A DNA stretch of 64,000 nucleotides from Patescibacteria group bacterium. GTDB taxonomy: Bacteria; Patescibacteriota; Patescibacteriia; Magasanikbacterales; GWA2-37-8. Both the position numbers and the translations under genes were made by a program. Where the stretch lies: the NCBI GenBank assembly GCA_041649475.1, contig JBAZNA010000001.1, forward strand, positions 24,895 to 88,894, written 5' to 3'. Below, one piece after another: positions 58,814-64,000 of this stretch (the stretch's first letter is position 1; each line of letters starts with the position of its first letter). The notes beneath the pieces are model-generated. The model ran no database searches and was not told the DNA's origin. It saw nothing but the letters and a program-made list of their open reading frames with translations.

Positions 58814-61660
58814 TCAATGTTTCTTCAACTCCACATCCGGCGCCACGGCCTCTGAATTCTTCCCGTGCAAATCAATATTTTCCGTCTTATGCGGCTGATA
58901 ATCCTTGTGCTCGTAGGTTATATAGTAACTGTCATCACCGGCCAAAAATGAATACCTACCCTTATTATCTGTCACCTGGGTTGAAACCAATTTATTAAAT
59001 TGCGAATTAAACAACCGGGCCACAACTCGGCCAATCGGTTGTTTATTGGCATCATTATAAACAATACCCCAACTCTTTGTCTTCGGTGGCATAGACAGCC
59101 GTCTAAATAAGAAAAACAATATAATATGAACGGCCAAAAGCGCGCCAATATACCATTTGGGAGATATGTATAATGAAATGGCAGTCACTATCAAACCCAA
59201 CCAGGACAAAACAACCTGCAATTTACGGCCAATGCTTTCCCAAATCAATCTGGACGGCCGTTTATACTCACCAGCCGGATCAAGCGGTATATTCACAGTA
59301 ACGGACGCGCCGGAGTCGGTAACCTCTATCACCTCCCCGTGATAAATATCAACCTTCTGCCCATCGCTTTGAAACCCGGCCAAAAGCGCGGACGGGAAAA
59401 CAAAATTATTTTTTACAACTTCAATTTTATATTTTCCCGAATCAACAATAAAAATATAATGCCCTTGCGCGTCTGTCACTTTTGATTGCACCAGCTTATT
59501 ATTTTCTATATTTATTAAACGAACAATAGCCAAATCAACCGGCAACTTGTTCAAAGAATTGTACACCATTCCCCACTTCTCGCGTTTCTTGCCGCCAAAC
59601 AACAATAGTGGCTGTAAAAACAACAAACGCAAGAGCGGTAAAAGATCTATCCATGATATTAATGGGATCGCCCCGATTGCCACCACCGCGATCGCGGTCG
59701 GCACCACGACCTGTTGGTTGGTCTGCTGAACTACCGGATTTTGCACCACTTCATTTATTTTTTGGACAGTGACTTCGGAAATGGCCTTGGTCTGCGCGAG
59801 AATATTCTTAGCAACCACAACCGCGTTTTCTGCAAGCGGTGCTTCTGGTTTTATATCTTCCAACAACTTTGGCGGTCTTTTTATCAAACTAACCCGGCTA
59901 TTAATTGTATTATTGCTAACATTTAAAGACGAAATGGACGCATCATAATATCCGTCTTTGCTAAAAGAAAGTGAATACGCCCCGTTTGGAACCATCCAGC
60001 CAAAAGCGCCACCAGCCCCGCTAACCAACGGGTTAAGCTCTCCATACTGATCAACTGAAACAGTTGACCCGTTTGTCCGTAACAGTGTTACATTAACATC
60101 AGGGAGCGCGTTGCCAGAATTATCACTAACCACGCCCCAAGGCAAACCATTCAATTTAAAGCCAACCGAATCCAACTGGCCGGAGCCATAATCAATTTCC
60201 ACATAGGCCTGAAAATTTTGCCAGCTGGGAAAAGAAAAATTAGAAAAATATACCTTAGAACCGGAATCATAAACAAACTGATGCTGGTCGGTGCCGATCT
60301 TCACCACCATGCTCTGTGGGTTCATGGCCAAAACATTAGCCGGCACTCCAACACTTAAGGTTATACCGGCCAAACTTGAAAAAATATCGCCGCTTGGAAC
60401 CAACCTGATTTGCCTATTGCCCACCAAAAAAAGCAAATCGCTTAAATTGATTCTTAAAAATGTCGGCACCGATGATTCCGGCGGTTTCTCGGTTTCCGGC
60501 GGCTGCTCCGGAGGCGTAGTGGTTGGCGGAGGCGTAATTTGGCAGTTTGGCGCGCTTATACACACCGGATCATTACAATCAACTAAGCCATTCTCATCAT
60601 CATCCATGCCATTATTACAAATTTCCACTTTAATTGGCGGAGGAATAATCGTTGGCAATCTCCCGCTTCTAAAAACTCCAGGGCTGTAATTTTCGGAAGT
60701 GTCAAAAGAAAAAATTGTGTAAAAATAATCGATATCTTTAGCCGGATTTGTATCATTAAAAAATTCCCCGGTTCCGGTGTATAGCAGGGTGCCGTCTGAA
60801 ATGTTTGCAGACGGCGAACCGATCTTTCTAACTACTTTAACGCCGGCAAAATCCGGCACACTACCCAAACTTGGATTTTCCCAAGTCAAATTTATTGAAT
60901 TGGTAGTCGTGGTTAAATTAACATTAGAAACATCCGGAGGCGGAATCGTATCCTTATTAGTTTTAAAAACTGCGTCTGCAGTGCTCGTACTGCTACCATA
61001 ACTATTTGTGGAAATTATCCTAAAATGATAAGTCGTATCCGGTATCAGGCCGGAAAGATTAATACTGTGAACGAGAATTAAGGCGCTCTCTGAAACAGTA
61101 TTACCATAAGCTGAAGTCAGGCCGTAATTTACCTGGCTATCGGCCTGCTGGTCTGTCACCCAATTTATGGTGGCAGTGGTCATCCCAACCAGGACTTGTA
61201 CAAAACTGATATTTGGCGCCGGATGCGATAATGATAAAGTTTGAAATGTCCCGGTGTAAACAGTCGTCTGCGAAGCGGTGTCGGTAACGGAAATTTTAAA
61301 GTAATATAAGGTTGCATCAGTTAAACCGGACAAACTCACGCCATAAGTTCCAACCACAGTTCCTGAATTACCATAAATCAGCGAGGTGCCGTAAACAAAA
61401 CTAACAGTGGTGATACCATGATCATCGGTGGCGCTCCAGCTTATATCAGCCGATGAGAAGGAAGTTGAAGTGGTAACACCGGAAATAACCGGGGCATTAT
61501 CTGTCGGCGGTGTTACCTCTCCCCCGCCAGAGTTGCCCTGTGGTACAGTTAACTGAACATTAATATCACTATTGGTGGTTTCGGCAAAAACCGGAGTAAA
61601 ACAAAGTATGCCCAGCACTGCCAGTAAAAATACATGCTTGATTTTGAACCCAAATTTCAT
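58814..61660 (-). CDS. Large surface protein with FN3-like domains, a Cys/Asp motif, carboxypeptidase-regulatory-like domains and TM helices
   Basis: Signal peptide; W.TD..ADSQV.YG, L.P.T.Y.FR; EICNNGMDDDENGLVDC.DP.C; WG.VY repeats around TM segments. Confidence 0.78.
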   Translation of the reverse strand: MKFGFKIKHVFLLAVLGILCFTPVFAETTNSDINVQLTVPQGNSGGGEVTPPTDNAPVISGVTTSTSFSSADISWSATDDHGITTVSFVYGTSLIYGNSGTVVGTYGVSLSGLTDATLYYFKISVTDTASQTTVYTGTFQTLSLSHPAPNISFVQVLVGMTTATINWVTDQQADSQVNYGLTSAYGNTVSESALILVHSINLSGLIPDTTYHFRIISTNSYGSSTSTADAVFKTNKDTIPPPDVSNVNLTTTTNSINLTWENPSLGSVPDFAGVKVVRKIGSPSANISDGTLLYTGTGEFFNDTNPAKDIDYFYTIFSFDTSENYSPGVFRSGRLPTIIPPPIKVEICNNGMDDDENGLVDCNDPVCISAPNCQITPPPTTTPPEQPPETEKPPESSVPTFLRINLSDLLFLVGNRQIRLVPSGDIFSSLAGITLSVGVPANVLAMNPQSMVVKIGTDQHQFVYDSGSKVYFSNFSFPSWQNFQAYVEIDYGSGQLDSVGFKLNGLPWGVVSDNSGNALPDVNVTLLRTNGSTVSVDQYGELNPLVSGAGGAFGWMVPNGAYSLSFSKDGYYDASISSLNVSNNTINSRVSLIKRPPKLLEDIKPEAPLAENAVVVAKNILAQTKAISEVTVQKINEVVQNPVVQQTNQQVVVPTAIAVVAIGAIPLISWIDLLPLLRLLFLQPLLLFGGKKREKWGMVYNSLNKLPVDLAIVRLINIENNKLVQSKVTDAQGHYIFIVDSGKYKIEVVKNNFVFPSALLAGFQSDGQKVDIYHGEVIEVTDSGASVTVNIPLDPAGEYKRPSRLIWESIGRKLQVVLSWLGLIVTAISLYISPKWYIGALLAVHIILFFLFRRLSMPPKTKSWGIVYNDANKQPIGRVVARLFNSQFNKLVSTQVTDNKGRYSFLAGDDSYYITYEHKDYQPHKTENIDLHGKNSEAVAPDVELKKH

Positions 61661-62502
61661 AACTGTCTATTTTTCTTTCTGATACTCAAAAATCTCAACA
61701 AGATAAAGAATGCCAAAATTAAAACCACAAATAATGCCTGGCTCCACCATGGAAAATACCACAAATCATAAACAGCTGAAACGAGTTGTCCTGTCTTCCC
61801 GTAGGTAACATTGACCTGCACCTTATATAATCCCGGCCAAACGACTCCGGAACCTGCGCCGATTTCGGGCTTTAAATTTCTGGAGGATCCGGCCAGTAAC
61901 TTATTACCCAAATTTATATCACTTGAAAAAACTTTAACTCCTCTAAAATCTTTTATAACCACCGAACCGGAGAGCGGCACCTCAATATTCCCATTATTTA
62001 CAAGCCCCAGTTCAAAAACCCAACCATTTTCAGCCAGTTTCTTCTCAACCTTCCAATTATTAATACTTACAGCTTCATGCACCACTCCGCTCACCTGTAT
62101 AGTAAGCAAACTAACAAGTTGTGTATTTAAACTGATTTTGCCCCGTGTTTCGGCCGTTGGTATAACTGCCAATCCCAAATAATGCGAACCGGGTGCCGCA
62201 TCCTTGGGAATTTTAACAAGAAACTTACCATCGCCTAGAGATACAACCCAATTTTCAGCTACCTCAATGCCCGTGCCAAAAACTGGCCTGCCCTTTTCGT
62301 CTTCAACAGCCCCTAAAACTTTAAAAATAAAAGCGCTATAATTTGTGCCGTTATTGTTAATAGTAACCGAGACCGTCTGGCTTGTCCCCGGATCAGCAGT
62401 TATTAGTGTGCGTGTCGGAGAAATACTAAAGGCCCATGCTTGTCCTGCCCACAAAAACACAGCGCTCAAAAACACCAAAATAGCTGTTTTTTTTAAGCCC
62501 AT
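61657..62502 (-). CDS. DUF916/WxL-interacting-protein-like surface protein
   Basis: Signal peptide, SISP...PG....V.I.N, IP.DAAPG.HY, N.GN, G.Y, C-terminal TM with basic tail. Confidence 0.6.
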   Translation of the reverse strand: MGLKKTAILVFLSAVFLWAGQAWAFSISPTRTLITADPGTSQTVSVTINNNGTNYSAFIFKVLGAVEDEKGRPVFGTGIEVAENWVVSLGDGKFLVKIPKDAAPGSHYLGLAVIPTAETRGKISLNTQLVSLLTIQVSGVVHEAVSINNWKVEKKLAENGWVFELGLVNNGNIEVPLSGSVVIKDFRGVKVFSSDINLGNKLLAGSSRNLKPEIGAGSGVVWPGLYKVQVNVTYGKTGQLVSAVYDLWYFPWWSQALFVVLILAFFILLRFLSIRKKNRQL

Positions 62503-62516
62503 AATTTTTTTCGGTC

Positions 62517-63149
62517 TTAAAAATTAGCCGATGCCGTAAGAGTAATGGTCTGGCTCCTGGCACCAGCTGTAGTTCCACTACCAATTGCTGCTTTAAATGT
62601 CAAAATTGTGCCCGCGCTTGTAATCGGCGTACTGGAAGAAGCCAGACCAAGTCCCGCGGTTATAGATTCATCGTCAGAAAATAATTTGTCCGATCCATCC
62701 AAGGACACGCCGTATTCTTCAGAACCGGCTGTAACAGAGCCATCTGCTACTCCTGTTAAACTGGAACCGCTTACACTGCCGACAGATAAAGAATAACCAC
62801 TCTCGGAATTAGTGACCACGCTGGCTGTTGTGCTGGCACTATTTACTTGACTCACACTCATCGTGCCCAAATCCAAACTGGCACTGCTAAGGGTTAAACT
62901 GATTGAACTGCGTTCCATGGCTTGATAACCTCCCCGCACTTCATAAATACTGCTGGTAGTAAAACCGGCAGGGCTCTCACCGGCTGAATCTTGCAAGGTA
63001 TATGCTCCGCCCGAACTATAAACTCCACCGGAATCAACCGTATCGGCATAAATTGTATAATTTGTTGAAGACATCATCCCCAATGCGCACAGAGGGAATA
63101 ATAAAAAACCGAGCAGGAAAAAAATATGTATTATTTTTTTTCTCAACAT
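62517..63149 (-). CDS. Secreted WxL/fimbrial-subunit-like protein
   Basis: Signal peptide; LDLG, V.TN...GY.L, C-terminal AG....ITLTASANF beta-strand. Confidence 0.55.
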   Translation of the reverse strand: MLRKKIIHIFFLLGFLLFPLCALGMMSSTNYTIYADTVDSGGVYSSGGAYTLQDSAGESPAGFTTSSIYEVRGGYQAMERSSISLTLSSASLDLGTMSVSQVNSASTTASVVTNSESGYSLSVGSVSGSSLTGVADGSVTAGSEEYGVSLDGSDKLFSDDESITAGLGLASSSTPITSAGTILTFKAAIGSGTTAGARSQTITLTASANF

Positions 63150-63152
63150 ACT

Positions 63153-64000
63153 TTATTGTGAACTAGTCCCGCCAACCAATGCCTTTATTTTTGCAGTTAT
63201 ATCCTTATTGTCCGGATTCAAGTCCTTAACTTTATAATAGTATTCCAGGGCCTTGGCTTTATCCCCTTTGATTTCATAAAGCAAACCCAAACTATATAAA
63301 GCATTGGAATAGCTGGGTTGGAGATTAACGGCTTGGAGCCATAATTTCTCCGCATCGCTTCTGTCGCTTCCTGTATTCCGGTTATAAAGCAAACGCCCAT
63401 AGTTATACAGGGCCTCCGGATTATTTGAGGCAACCGAAATAACATTCTTATAAGTATCCACTGCCTTGTCCATTTCTTTGTTGGCTTCATAAGCACCGGA
63501 GAGCGCAACATAAGCGCCAACATAATCTTTTTTAAGATCAATGGCTTTCTGATAGCTTTCAATAGCTTTGGGAATATTGTTTGACGCCGCATAATCGTTT
63601 CCTATCCGCCAATACAAAACCGCATTTGTCGGTTCTAAATCAATGGCCGAAGTAATAGATTTAATCGCCCAATCTCCGGCTTGCGGAACAATTAAGGACG
63701 CGTTTTCATACATGGTGGCTAAATTTTCCCAAATTGCCACCGTATTCGGAGACAAATCCGTGGCCGCGCGGGCTTCATTTACGGCTTGAGCCATATAATT
63801 TCCAACCTTCTGCATATCCGGCTGTTTCTCTTTGGAAGCATCGCTCGCTTCAAGCAGATACACTTGCGCCATGGCCACATGAAAGATGTCGGAACTGCCG
63901 TGCAGTGTAATTGCTTGTTGTAATTTTGATTGGGCGCCGGCCGCATCCTTGCTGTTCAAGGCCTGCGCATAAGCCATATCAGCTAAGTAAAACCTGACGC
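63153..64000 (-). CDS. TPR-repeat protein (C-terminal part; gene probably starts beyond the window)
   Basis: Several TPR units (A..L.P.., AI.SYQKAI.L, ALYSLGLLY); frame open to the window edge. Confidence 0.85.
   Translation of the reverse strand, partial: VRFYLADMAYAQALNSKDAAGAQSKLQQAITLHGSSDIFHVAMAQVYLLEASDASKEKQPDMQKVGNYMAQAVNEARAATDLSPNTVAIWENLATMYENASLIVPQAGDWAIKSITSAIDLEPTNAVLYWRIGNDYAASNNIPKAIESYQKAIDLKKDYVGAYVALSGAYEANKEMDKAVDTYKNVISVASNNPEALYNYGRLLYNRNTGSDRSDAEKLWLQAVNLQPSYSNALYSLGLLYEIKGDKAKALEYYYKVKDLNPDNKDITAKIKALVGGTSSQ

Overview
Chromosomal segment of a Patescibacteria (CPR) bacterium, probably Parcubacteria/ABY1-like (inferred from gene content, rRNA reductions and pilin arrays; TGA is used as stop). 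It holds an unlinked 23S-5S rRNA operon (no 16S), 10 tRNAs, housekeeping genes (pnp, rpsO, rpsF-ssb-rpsR, epmA-efp, ychF, ruvB, galU, nrdJ-pduO), a 2-oxoacid:ferredoxin oxidoreductase operon, type IV pilus genes (pilBCMNO plus minor pilins), nine VirB2/TrbC-like pilins, a ~2,490-aa fibre adhesin and a WxL/DUF916-like surface cluster. The most striking unannotated signals are: (1) a leader peptide plus mutually exclusive terminator/antiterminator in the 23S-5S leader, i.e. a candidate translation-coupled attenuator of rRNA synthesis; (2) two stand-alone microprotein genes below the ORF-track cut-off, an 18-aa Lys/Arg peptide and a 44-aa Asp/Glu peptide, each with a promoter and terminator; (3) two LAGLIDADG-like genes whose stop codons abut or lie inside tRNA 5' ends, and tRNAs ending 3 nt before ATGs (possible tRNA punctuation with leaderless mRNAs). 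All calls come from reading motifs by eye; no database searches or folding programs were run.
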